This document shows, piece after piece, positions 9,564 through 18,055 of a stretch of 64,000 nt of DNA (its first letter is position 1; each line of letters starts with the position of its first letter). Origin of the DNA: Actinomycetota bacterium (GTDB taxonomy: Bacteria; Actinomycetota; UBA4738; JACQTL01); contig DASWED010000060.1 of NCBI GenBank assembly GCA_036394995.1, positions 4,001-68,000 of the forward strand, given 5' to 3'. Position numbers and translations under genes: made by a program. Below the pieces are notes generated by a model, which worked only from the letters and a program-made list of their open reading frames with translations, did not search any database and was not told where the DNA came from.

Positions 9564-9663
9564 TCGCCGTGCTTGGGTTCCTGGCCGGTCGCCCAGCCGG
9601 CCGGTACCCTCGGTGCGCCCGGATCGAACCGAAAGGTTTGGGACCGCCCCGACCGAAACAAGG

Positions 9664-11127
9664 ATGGGAATGCGCGAGGACGTCGTTTCGAGGCCGCAGG
9701 TGCCCTGGGGGGTCCCGGTCGGGATCGTCCTCGGGGCCGCCATGCTGGTGCTCATCGCCGCCGTGGCGAACGGGTCGGTTACGGCCGGCGGCCGGGCGGG
9801 GCGGTGGACGCCCGTGGCCGGGAGCCCGTTCGACCAGCCGCCGGTGTTCCACAGCAGCGACGGCGAGCTCCACGCCACGCTCACCGCGGCGGAGCGGACC
9901 ATCGAGGTGGCCGGCAGCCCGGTGAAGGCCAGGGTCTACAACGGGCTGTTCACCGGCCCGACGCTCGAGGTGCGCCCGGGCGACACGATGTTCATCACAC
10001 TGGTCAACCACCTGGAGGAACCCACGAACCTCCACGTCCACGGGCTCCACGTGTCGCCGGTGAAGCCGGCGGACGACGTGTTCCTGGAGGTGGCGGCCGG
10101 CAAGACGTTCACGTTCCGCATCCACCTTCCCGCGAGCGAGCCGCCCGGCCTGTACTGGTACCACTCGCACATCCACCACATGACCGAGGAGCAGGTGTTC
10201 GGCGGCATGTCGGGGATGATCGTCGTCGACGGCCTGACGAAGCTCCTGCCCCAGGACCTCCGGAGCGTCACCCAGCGGCTGTTCGCGCTGCGGGACATCC
10301 GGGTGGCGAACGGCGAGGTGGTGAAGACCGGGGCGGTGGTGAAGGGGACCACCCGGCTGGTCAACTCGCTGTTCAAGCCGAAGCTGACCATCGCGCCCGG
10401 CGAGACGCAGCTGTGGCGGTTCGCCAACGTCGGGGCCGACATCTTCTACAAGGTCGGGCTGCCCACGCCGAACGGCCCCGTCACGTTCCACGTGGTGGCC
10501 GAGGACGGCCGGCCGGTCTGGAGGGTGTGGAACGCGACCTCGCTGGTGCTCCCGCCGGGCAAGCGGTACGAGGTGCTGGTGAGGGGACCCGCGGCCGGGG
10601 CCTACGAGCTCAAGGCCCAGCCGTACAGCCAGGGCGTGATGAACCAGCGGGGTTCGGTGGCCCTGGCCTCCGTGACCTCGAAGGGACCGAGGCAGACGCC
10701 GAAGGCGCTCCCGACAGGGCTCGTTCCCCCAGAGGACCTCCGCGACGAGACCGTGGCCAAGTCGCTGACGGAGGTGTTCCAGGACGGGTTCACCGGCGGG
10801 TTCACGATCAACGGCAAGACCTTCAGCCCGGACCGCATCGACGTGAGGGCCAAGCTGGGGACCGTCCAGAGGTGGACGCTCGTCAACGGCTCCCCGGAGC
10901 AGCACCCGTTCCACATCCACACCGACTACTTCCAGGTGATCTCGAGGAACGGCGAACCGTTCGAGGCGAACGGCCTCCAGGACACCGTGATCATCCCCAC
11001 CCACGGCTCCGTGGTCATCCTCATCGAGTTCGATGACTTCGTGGGCAAGACCGTGTTCCACTGCCACATCCTGGCCCACGAGGACCACGGGATGATGGCC
11101 ACGATCCAGATCAGCAAGCCCAGCTAG
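9664..11127 (+). CDS. Multicopper oxidase with N-terminal membrane anchor/signal
   Basis: Copper ligand motifs HVHGLH, WYHSHIHH, HPFHIHTDYF and HCHILAHEDHGMM. Hydrophobic segment VPVGIVLGAAMLVLIAAVA near the N-terminus. Start taken at MGMRED (9664), in frame with track ORF 9511-11127. Confidence 0.85.
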   Translation: MGMREDVVSRPQVPWGVPVGIVLGAAMLVLIAAVANGSVTAGGRAGRWTPVAGSPFDQPPVFHSSDGELHATLTAAERTIEVAGSPVKARVYNGLFTGPTLEVRPGDTMFITLVNHLEEPTNLHVHGLHVSPVKPADDVFLEVAAGKTFTFRIHLPASEPPGLYWYHSHIHHMTEEQVFGGMSGMIVVDGLTKLLPQDLRSVTQRLFALRDIRVANGEVVKTGAVVKGTTRLVNSLFKPKLTIAPGETQLWRFANVGADIFYKVGLPTPNGPVTFHVVAEDGRPVWRVWNATSLVLPPGKRYEVLVRGPAAGAYELKAQPYSQGVMNQRGSVALASVTSKGPRQTPKALPTGLVPPEDLRDETVAKSLTEVFQDGFTGGFTINGKTFSPDRIDVRAKLGTVQRWTLVNGSPEQHPFHIHTDYFQVISRNGEPFEANGLQDTVIIPTHGSVVILIEFDDFVGKTVFHCHILAHEDHGMMATIQISKPS

Positions 11128-11525
11128 TCTGGTTCGGACGTGTCGCGGGGACCGAAGCGGGCGCGAATCGAACGGAGCAGCTCGATCCCCAGGAACCCGG
11201 GCACGGCCACGGCGAACGCCATGAAGGCCCCGCCGGTCAGGGCGTCGCTCAGGAAGTGCGGTCCCTGGCCTCCGAGCGCGAGGTAGAACACCAGCACGAT
11301 CACCAGCAGGCCCACGTACCCGGCGAGCGCCGTCACGAGCAGCAGGCGGACCAGCCGGCCCCAGTCATGCGGATTCACCGGCGGCGCCGAGGCGGGACGG
11401 TGTTCCTGCTTGCCCCGCGCACCCAGCCACAGCGCCACCAGGAACAGCACGTAGGCGAACAGCGTGGGGATCACCACCTGCCCGGCGATGCGGCCTGCCG
11501 TGGCCATCGTCCAGACCGTGGTCAC
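11124..11525 (-). CDS. Hypothetical integral membrane protein
   Basis: 133 aa with about 4 hydrophobic segments and high GC3. No recognisable motif. Confidence 0.6.
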   Translation of the reverse strand: MTTVWTMATAGRIAGQVVIPTLFAYVLFLVALWLGARGKQEHRPASAPPVNPHDWGRLVRLLLVTALAGYVGLLVIVLVFYLALGGQGPHFLSDALTGGAFMAFAVAVPGFLGIELLRSIRARFGPRDTSEPD

Positions 11526-11529
11526 CTCC

Positions 11530-11793
11530 TCATCCCCTCAGGAAGAACCGCCATCCCCGGACGAACAGGTGCCACCCCAGCCACAGCCACAGCGAGAACA
11601 GGATCCACCGGCCCGGGTCGGTCCGGGTGACCTTCCGGAGCAGCTCGCTGAGCGAGGGCCAGTCGTCGCCGGGCCGGACCAGCCCGACCGCCTGCCATGC
11701 CAACAGCGCCCCCACGATCACCGCGTAGCCGACGAGGGCGATCATCCGCCGCCGTCCCCCCGCTCGTGGTTGGGTCCCCGGTTCCGGATCCAT
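11530..11793 (-). CDS. Small hypothetical membrane protein
   Basis: C-terminal 71 aa: MIALVGYAVIVGALLAWQAV...WILFSLWLWLGWHLFVRGW (two TM segments). Start is ambiguous (ATG at 11793 or 11745). Lies 4 nt upstream of the next membrane protein gene. Confidence 0.5.
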   Translation of the reverse strand: MDPEPGTQPRAGGRRRMIALVGYAVIVGALLAWQAVGLVRPGDDWPSLSELLRKVTRTDPGRWILFSLWLWLGWHLFVRGWRFFLRG

Positions 11794-11866
11794 GGCCCAC
11801 CTCCTGCCGGCGTCGATGGCATGGAGGCAAGCGTATGCGGGGAGGCCGTCTCTGGGGGGGGCGCGT

Positions 11867-12205
11867 CTAGACGACGGTGCCGGGGCGACCGTCGGGGGTG
11901 GTGAAGGGGAGCCCCTGGCGGTCCCAGGCGTCCATGCCCCCGACCAGGTTGTGGGCCTCGTAGCCACGGGCCTGGAGCATCATCGTGGCCAGCTCGCTCC
12001 GGTTGCCCACCCGGCACACCAGGACCACCGGGCGGTCGTGGTCGAGGTCCGAGCCGGCGCCGGCCATGAGCTCGTTGAGCGGGATGTGCACCGCGCCCTC
12101 GATGCGCCCGGCCTCCCATTCCACCGGCTCGCGGACGTCCACGATCTGCACCTCGTCGCGGCGTTCGTACACGCCGGCCGGTGTGGTCAACAGGTCATCG
12201 CTCAC
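11867..12205 (-). CDS. Rhodanese-like sulfurtransferase domain protein
   Basis: 112 aa. Catalytic loop VLVCRVGNRS (C-x-x-G-x-R-S/T). Confidence 0.85.
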   Translation of the reverse strand: MSDDLLTTPAGVYERRDEVQIVDVREPVEWEAGRIEGAVHIPLNELMAGAGSDLDHDRPVVLVCRVGNRSELATMMLQARGYEAHNLVGGMDAWDRQGLPFTTPDGRPGTVV

Positions 12206-12249
12206 GGAGAAACTCTATCAATGGTCCTCGATTCGACCCGATCGTGAGG

Positions 12250-12768
12250 TCAGTCGTACTCCGCGAGGGCCACGCGAAAGGCCTCGTGCGTGCCCTCGTC
12301 GAACAGCACGAACCGGACCACGCGGACCTTCGTGTTCGCGGACCTGACCGCGGAGATCGCCACCGGGGCCGCCATCACCACCGGGTAGCCGTACACGCCG
12401 GTGGAGATGGCCGGGAACGCGACGGTGTGGGCCCCCAGCTCGTCCGCCACGCGGAGCGACTCGGTGTGGCAACTCGCCAGGAGCCTCGAGCGATCCTCGC
12501 TCCGGGAGAACACCGGTCCCACGGTGTGGATGACCCATTTCGCGGGGAGCCGCCCGGCGGTGGTGGCCACGGCCTGGCCGGTGGGGAGGCCGTCCGGGTA
12601 CCGCTCGGCCCGGATCCGCTTGCATTCGGCCAGGATCTCCGGCCCGCCGCGCCGGTGGACCGCGCCGTCCACGCCGCCCCCTCCCATGAGCGAGGAGTTG
12701 GCCGCGTTCACGATGGCGTCCACCGCCTGCTGGGTGATGTCGCCCGGGAGCAGCTCGATCTGGGGCAT
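12250..12768 (-). CDS. Macro domain protein (O-acetyl-ADP-ribose deacetylase, YmdB-like)
   Basis: 172 aa. Motifs VNAANSSLMGGGGVDGAVH and FPAISTGVYGYP. Confidence 0.9.
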   Translation of the reverse strand: MPQIELLPGDITQQAVDAIVNAANSSLMGGGGVDGAVHRRGGPEILAECKRIRAERYPDGLPTGQAVATTAGRLPAKWVIHTVGPVFSRSEDRSRLLASCHTESLRVADELGAHTVAFPAISTGVYGYPVVMAAPVAISAVRSANTKVRVVRFVLFDEGTHEAFRVALAEYD

Positions 12769-12822
12769 TCCACGGCCGTCCTTCCTCCCCCCCTCGGATC
12801 GGGGCTGCGGGCAACACGGACG

Positions 12823-14211
12823 CTACTGTCGGGATACGGCGGGAGGGTACCGGACGAACGCCACCGACGGGTTCGGCCCATGGACGTCGGCGGCGATCCC
12901 CAGCGCCTCCTCCACGGTGGCCGCCGGCTCGAATCCCACGTGGCGGACCACGTCCGGCGACTCCGCGCCCGCCACCACCACCCGTCCCGCGTGGCGGAGC
13001 CGCTTCAGCGGGTACAGCGCCATGATCGGGTGGGTGGGATGGAATCCGAACCCCGTCCGGTACCGCTCGACCAGGTCCTCGCGCGCGGCGAGCTCCGGTT
13101 CGAACCGGTCCCGGGCGTCGTACGGGTCACGGGTCTCGGGGAGCACGCGCTCCCACACCTCGCGGTACGAGGGGTGGTGGACGTCGTCCCACCGGTCCGG
13201 GCACGGGGTGGCCAGGATCACCGTGCACCCCGGTGCCCCGACGGCCTCGATCATCCCGCCCAGGTATCCGAGGCCGGTCGAGATGAGGGTGAGGATGGGG
13301 TTCGTGAACGAATACGCGGCGTAGGGGCTCCAGTCGGGGACGCCGTACAGGACCACGTCGGCCCGTTCGTCCAGGAGCGTGCGCCGCGGCCGCTGGTGCT
13401 CCCGGGTCACGCGCATCACCTCGTCGCGCGTCGCCCGGACGCTCCCGGCGAGGACCCTGTGGACCTCGAGGGGGTTCGACAGCAGCGTCTCCACCTTGAA
13501 GATCCGCCCCGGGCCCAGCTCCCGCTCCACCACGGCGCCCATGCGATCCAGGGCCTCGTGCATCCGGTTGCCGTCGATCGACATGCTCATGGTGTCCGGC
13601 GTGTGGTGGGTCCGGATCGAACGGTAGGAGGACAGCCCCACGCACACCGACTTCCATCCGCCCGAGAACCCCCGGGTGGTGGAGGCGTTCACGTAGACCG
13701 TGAGGTCGGACTCGGTCACGGCCCGGCTGACGTCGACCGGTTCACCGGGGTCGGTGTCGCCGAGGTGCTCGAGGCCGTCCGGGTCCTCGGCGTCGTGGCA
13801 CCGGAGGCGTCCGGCCGCCGCGAACTCACCCGCGAGGCCGGTGCCGATCAGCCGGCCCAGCTCGTCGGCGGTGAACTGGCGGTGCAGGGCGTTCGCGCAC
13901 AGCAGCGTGACCCGCTCGCGGGCGGCCCCGCCCCGCTCCAGCTCCTGGAGCACCAGGGGCAGGGCCGTCTCCCACAACGGCGCGTAGCAGGGGACGGTGG
14001 GGTCGTCGAAGGCCACGGTGACCCGGCCGGCCCCCCGGGCCAGCTCGGCGAGCGGCTCGGTGTCCATGGGGCCTCGCAACGCGTGCAGGATCTCCGCGGC
14101 GAGGTCCCCGGCCGGCGGGACCGGCAGCGAGAGGCCCGGCGGCACGACGTGCGCGTCGTCGGGGAGGTCGGCTTCGACCCAGGCGTTCCCGAACACGAGA
14201 TGCTCGCGCAT
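12823..14211 (-). CDS. LarA-like (nickel-pincer dependent racemase/epimerase family, DUF2088)
   Basis: Start taken at MREHLVFGNAW (ATG 14211), 462 aa. Contains TTRGFSGGWKSV, the GFSGGxK lysine motif of LarA homologs, followed by His residues (RTHHTP). The upstream part of track ORF 12823-15135 was rejected. Confidence 0.75.
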   Translation of the reverse strand: MREHLVFGNAWVEADLPDDAHVVPPGLSLPVPPAGDLAAEILHALRGPMDTEPLAELARGAGRVTVAFDDPTVPCYAPLWETALPLVLQELERGGAARERVTLLCANALHRQFTADELGRLIGTGLAGEFAAAGRLRCHDAEDPDGLEHLGDTDPGEPVDVSRAVTESDLTVYVNASTTRGFSGGWKSVCVGLSSYRSIRTHHTPDTMSMSIDGNRMHEALDRMGAVVERELGPGRIFKVETLLSNPLEVHRVLAGSVRATRDEVMRVTREHQRPRRTLLDERADVVLYGVPDWSPYAAYSFTNPILTLISTGLGYLGGMIEAVGAPGCTVILATPCPDRWDDVHHPSYREVWERVLPETRDPYDARDRFEPELAAREDLVERYRTGFGFHPTHPIMALYPLKRLRHAGRVVVAGAESPDVVRHVGFEPAATVEEALGIAADVHGPNPSVAFVRYPPAVSRQ

Positions 14212-14218
14212 CGGCGGG

Positions 14219-14239
14219 ACTGTAGCGGAGCGGTAGTCT
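14219..14239. promoter_or_regulatory. Back-to-back -10 boxes in a 36-bp divergent gap (TACAGT for the minus gene, TAGTCT for the plus gene)
   Basis: On the minus strand, TACAGT (14224-14219) lies 7 nt before ATG 14211. On the plus strand, TAGTCT (14234-14239) lies 8 nt before GTG 14248. Both fit TANNNT and imply leaderless or near-leaderless mRNAs. There is no SD on either side. Confidence 0.3.
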
Positions 14240-14247
14240 TTCGCGCC

Positions 14248-14871
14248 GTGCCCAGGGTCAGCGCCGCCGCCGCCACCGCCGAGATCGCCCGCCGCGATCC
14301 GGTCATGGCCGGGCTCATCGAGCGCGCCGGACCCCTCCGGATCCGCCCACCCCGCGACCCCGACCCGTTCGTGGAGCTGGCCGAGGCCATCGCGTACCAG
14401 CAGCTGGCCGGGCGGGCCGCCGCGGCGATCTGGTCCCGGGTGGCGGCGCTGTTCGACGGAGACATCACCCCCGAGCGGGTCGCGGCCACGCCCGACCAGG
14501 ACTTCCGGAGTGCTGGATTCTCGGCCGCGAAGACCGCCTCGGTGAAGGACCTCGCCGCCAAGGTCCTCGACGGCACCGTGCCGCTCGAGCGGCTCCGGCG
14601 GATGAAGGACGACGAGATCGTCCGGCGGCTGTCGGAGGTCCGGGGGATCGGCACGTGGACCGCGGAGATGTTCCTGATCTTCACGCTGCGGCGCATGGAC
14701 GTGTGGCCGGTGCTCGACTACGGCGTCCGCAACGGATATCGAATCGCCTACGGGCTCCCGGAGATCCCCACGCCGAAGGAGCTCCAGCTGGAGGGTGAGC
14801 GGTTCCGGCCGTATCGCACGGTGGCGGCGTGGTACTGCTGGCGGGCGGTGGCGCTCGACCGGGGCCCGTAG
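14248..14871 (+). CDS. DNA-3-methyladenine glycosylase II family (HhH-GPD, AlkA-like)
   Basis: C-terminal part of track ORF 12181-14871. Motifs IARRDPVMAGLIERAGP, HhH VRGIGTWTAEMFLIF and catalytic-region WPVLDYGVRNG. GTG 14248 was chosen as the start. Confidence 0.8.
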   Translation: MPRVSAAAATAEIARRDPVMAGLIERAGPLRIRPPRDPDPFVELAEAIAYQQLAGRAAAAIWSRVAALFDGDITPERVAATPDQDFRSAGFSAAKTASVKDLAAKVLDGTVPLERLRRMKDDEIVRRLSEVRGIGTWTAEMFLIFTLRRMDVWPVLDYGVRNGYRIAYGLPEIPTPKELQLEGERFRPYRTVAAWYCWRAVALDRGP

Positions 14872-14882
14872 GCCCCGAACCC

Positions 14883-15272
14883 TCAGCCGGTCCGCCGGCC
14901 GCCGGACCCCCGCGAGTGAGCCGCGTTCGCCAGCACGTTCGCCAGGGCCGTCTCGAAGCCGGGGCGCGTGGGGTCCAGGACCAGGAGGTCGTCGGCGGCC
15001 CCGAGCTCTCCGCGGTGCAGGACCACGGCCGGGATCGGTCGGCTCAGGCCTCCCAGGACCGCGGCCACCTCCGCCCCCGGGACCCGGGGGAGGCTCTGGT
15101 CCACGACGGCGAGGTCGGCCTCCCCGGCGAAGCACGCCTCGAGGAGGTCGAACGAGCTGTGGCCCTCGAACACGACCTCGTGCCCGGCCCCGGCCACGAT
15201 CCCCGAGACGCGGGCGGCCAGCTCCGGATCCGGCGTGCCCACCGCCACCCTCAACGTCGCCACGGTTGCCAC
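14883..15272 (-). CDS. Stand-alone CheY-like receiver-fold protein, atypical
   Basis: 129 aa. GTG start with GGGGAG upstream. An acidic acceptor-like site is present (ADLAVVDQSLP), but the usual T/S (AVVLHRG) and K (LDPTRP) positions are not conserved. Confidence 0.4.
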   Translation of the reverse strand: MATVATLRVAVGTPDPELAARVSGIVAGAGHEVVFEGHSSFDLLEACFAGEADLAVVDQSLPRVPGAEVAAVLGGLSRPIPAVVLHRGELGAADDLLVLDPTRPGFETALANVLANAAHSRGSGGRRTG

Positions 15273-15756
15273 GTCATCACTCCCCGGGGTGTACGAGGTA
15301 GACGGGACAGGCGGCCCGATCGCCTGGACGGAACTTCCGGGGGTGGAGCGCCCCGGGAGGCTCGGGCCGCCTGTCCTGCTCCCGGCCCGCCGTCCGCAGA
15401 CGCATCCCCCAGTCCAACGCTCCTTGGACCGGCTGGCCGGATCCTGACCTCAGGTGCCCTAGTGCCAGGGGAAGCTGGCCGTTCCGGCAAGAGCCATGGC
15501 CACGATCGAAAGGACCGCGCCCAGCGCGAGAAGAAGTCGCTTCACGGGATGTCGCCCCCTCTCTGGAGCTCGAGGTTCGCGGTTGACGGGTGCTGCGATG
15601 GTACTCAGGGACTTCACAGAAAGTCAAGCTCGATTGTTACATCCATGCGAATGTTCCGCGACGATCGTCGGCGCATTCTCGCAGGTCGACGGCGCCTTCC
15701 GGTCCCCACATCGCGAGGCCATGCTGCGCATTCTACTAAACAACATGTGAAGCTTC

Positions 15757-15785
15757 TTGTTAACTGTCAGTGCAGGTCGTAAGCT
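15757..15785 (+). promoter_or_regulatory. Putative sigma-70-type promoter giving a leaderless mRNA for the XRE-TPR regulator
   Basis: TTGTTA (15757-15762), a 17-nt spacer, then TAAGCT (15780-15785). The GTG start at 15792 is 7 nt after the -10 and has no SD. The region is locally AT-richer than its surroundings. Confidence 0.4.
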
Positions 15786-15791
15786 CCACCC

Positions 15792-17078
15792 GTGGACTTC
15801 GCGGAGCGTTTCCGGGATCTGCGTGTGCAGGCGGGCCTGTCCAAGACGGCCCTGGCCCGGCCCCGGTACACGGTGAGCTACGTCAGCCAGATCGAGTCCG
15901 GGAAGCGGACCCCCTCGGCCGACGCCACCCTGTTCTTCGCGGAGCGCCTCCGGGTCAGCTCCCGCTTCCTGACCACCGGCGTCCCCGACGGGATGGAGGA
16001 TTCCCTCAGGTACCGGCTGGAGGGGGCTCAGCGAGCCATCCGGGAGAACCGGTTGGGGGACGCGGAATCCGACCTTCGAGCGCTGGTGGGCGAGGCCGAG
16101 CGGTACGGGGTGCGACGCATCCAGGCCAGGGGCCTGGCGCTGCTGGGCGAGGCTCTGGCCCTGGCCGGTCGGTTCCGGGAGGCCATCGACCGGCTGGAGG
16201 AGGCGCTCGACACCGGCGAGCTCATGGAACGGGACGCCGGCCTGACCGTCTCGCGTCTGGCCCGGACGTACCGCACGGTGGGGGACTTGGCGTACGCCGC
16301 CGAGCTCGTGGAGGGATTCCTGAACCGCGGCGAACGGCCTCCGCTGGAGCCGGGGATCGCGGCCGAGCTGCAGTCCGTGCTCGTGTCGATCTATTTCGAA
16401 CGCGGCGACATCCACCGGTCCGAGCAGGCCGCCCTCCGTGCGCTGGCCGCGGCGGGCCAGGGCGCGCCGCCAGAGATCCGGGCCAACGCCTACTGGGACG
16501 CCAGCCGGGTCATGGCCGAGGCGAAGCGGTGGGACGAGGCCCTTGACTTCGCCACCCGGGCCCGGGTGCTGATGGAGGAGATCGACGACCGCCGGAGCGT
16601 GGCTCGCCTCCACAACGCGTACGCGTTCGTGTGCCTGGAGGTGGACCCGCCACGGACCTCGGAGGCCGCCGATCACCTCGACCTGGCGGAGTCGATGCTG
16701 GAGGAGACGGGCGCGGTGGGGGACCTCGCGTACGTGCTCTCGGAGCGGAGCCGTCTGGCCCTCATCGAGGAACGACCGGAGGAGGCGCTCCGGCACGCCC
16801 AGCGGGCCCTGGTCCACGCCGGCGACGACGAGAACGAGACCGCGCGGTGCCTGTTCCTGGCGGGGCGCGCCCACGCCGGGCTGGGCCAGGCCGGGGAGGC
16901 CCGCGGAGCGCTCCGCGAGGCCGCGAACCTGTTCGAGAAGCACGGCGCCCGGCAGCAGGTGGCGGCGTGCTTCCGGGAGATCGGCGAGCTCGACCTCGCC
17001 GAAGGCGACATGGAATCGGCGCTGGAATCGCTGCGGGCGGGGCTGTCGGCCCTCGATCCCCGCCGGTCCCGCGCCTGA
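15792..17078 (+). CDS. XRE-family HTH transcriptional regulator with C-terminal TPR-like repeats
   Basis: 428 aa. N-terminal HTH: LRVQAGLSKTALARPRYTVSYVSQIESGKRTPS. The remainder is Ala/Leu/Glu-rich helical repeats. Confidence 0.8.
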   Translation: MDFAERFRDLRVQAGLSKTALARPRYTVSYVSQIESGKRTPSADATLFFAERLRVSSRFLTTGVPDGMEDSLRYRLEGAQRAIRENRLGDAESDLRALVGEAERYGVRRIQARGLALLGEALALAGRFREAIDRLEEALDTGELMERDAGLTVSRLARTYRTVGDLAYAAELVEGFLNRGERPPLEPGIAAELQSVLVSIYFERGDIHRSEQAALRALAAAGQGAPPEIRANAYWDASRVMAEAKRWDEALDFATRARVLMEEIDDRRSVARLHNAYAFVCLEVDPPRTSEAADHLDLAESMLEETGAVGDLAYVLSERSRLALIEERPEEALRHAQRALVHAGDDENETARCLFLAGRAHAGLGQAGEARGALREAANLFEKHGARQQVAACFREIGELDLAEGDMESALESLRAGLSALDPRRSRA

Positions 17079-17242
17079 AGCGTTCGATCCCCCGGCGCCG
17101 CCGCTCGGCGCCGGGGCCGGAGGTCCGCCTCCGGATCGCCGCCCCGGGGCATCCCCCCCTCGCCCCGGGGCGGTTCCCTTTGTCTGCCCACCGCGCGCGG
17201 AGCCCAATCCGGCAGCCTGCGACCCGACGCGGCCTTCGCCCG

Positions 17243-17248
17243 TAGAGT
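17243..17248 (+). promoter_or_regulatory. -10 box (TAGAGT) placed for a leaderless CPBP protease mRNA
   Basis: TAGAGT is followed by 6 nt and then ATG 17255. No SD is present. Confidence 0.3.
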
Positions 17249-17254
17249 TGACCC

Positions 17255-18055
17255 ATGCGAACCGATCGGCGGGATCGGGCCGAGGTCGCGGGGCCGCCGT
17301 TCCCCGCCACGCCCCTGCCGGCGACGTCGGTCGGCCGGCGGACGCTGGCCGAGGAGCTCGTGCTGGTCCTGTCGCTCTCGCTGCTGGCAGCCGCGGCGGA
17401 CGCTCTCCTCAGCTTCACCGCCGCGCCGGTCAACTCGTCGGTGTCGGTCGCCGCGGTGCCGCAGACCCCCCGCCTGGTGGAGCAGCTGTACTCCATCGTG
17501 TTCGCGCTGCCTCCGGTGTGGCTGGTGTTCTACCTGCTCCGCAGGAACAGGGAGCGGGCGTCGGCCATCGGCATGGCGTTCGACAGGCCCCGGTTCGACC
17601 TCACCGCATCGGTCATCCTCGCGCTGGTGGTTGGGGTGGCCGGAGTCGGGGTGTACATCGCGGCGGTCCGCCTGGGAACCAACCGGCTGGTCGTCCCGAT
17701 CCCGCCCCTCGGCCTGTGGTGGAGCCTCCCGATCCTGTTCCTGAGCGCAGCGCAGAACGCGCTGCTCGAGGAGACCGTGGTGGTGGGGTACATGGTCACC
17801 CGGCTCCAGCAGATCGGGACGCCGGGGCTGATGGCGGTCGGCGCGTCCGCGCTGCTGCGCGGGACCTACCACCTGTATCAGGGGTGGGGTGGGTTCACCG
17901 GGAACCTGGCCATGGGCCTGCTGTTCGGGCTGGTGTTCCTGCGGTGGAGACGGACCTGGCCGCTCGTGATGGCACACTTCCTCCTGGACGCCGGGGCGGG
18001 CCTGCTGTACATCGCGTACTCGGACAAGCTCCCCGGCCTCCTGGGAGTCGGATGA
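17255..18055 (+). CDS. CPBP family intramembrane glutamic endopeptidase (CAAX protease-like)
   Basis: 266 aa, multi-TM. Motifs NALLEETVVVGY (EExxxR-like), YHLYQG and MAHFLLDA. Confidence 0.8.
   Translation: MRTDRRDRAEVAGPPFPATPLPATSVGRRTLAEELVLVLSLSLLAAAADALLSFTAAPVNSSVSVAAVPQTPRLVEQLYSIVFALPPVWLVFYLLRRNRERASAIGMAFDRPRFDLTASVILALVVGVAGVGVYIAAVRLGTNRLVVPIPPLGLWWSLPILFLSAAQNALLEETVVVGYMVTRLQQIGTPGLMAVGASALLRGTYHLYQGWGGFTGNLAMGLLFGLVFLRWRRTWPLVMAHFLLDAGAGLLYIAYSDKLPGLLGVG

Noticed and set aside
9664-11127. The two multicopper oxidases plus the cupredoxin (22260-22670, 49603-51405) as one copper-resistance operon
   Set aside because: The genes are 10-27 kb apart in unrelated contexts, and the window has no CopA/CopZ/CsoR-type genes. 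I note only an enrichment of copper proteins.
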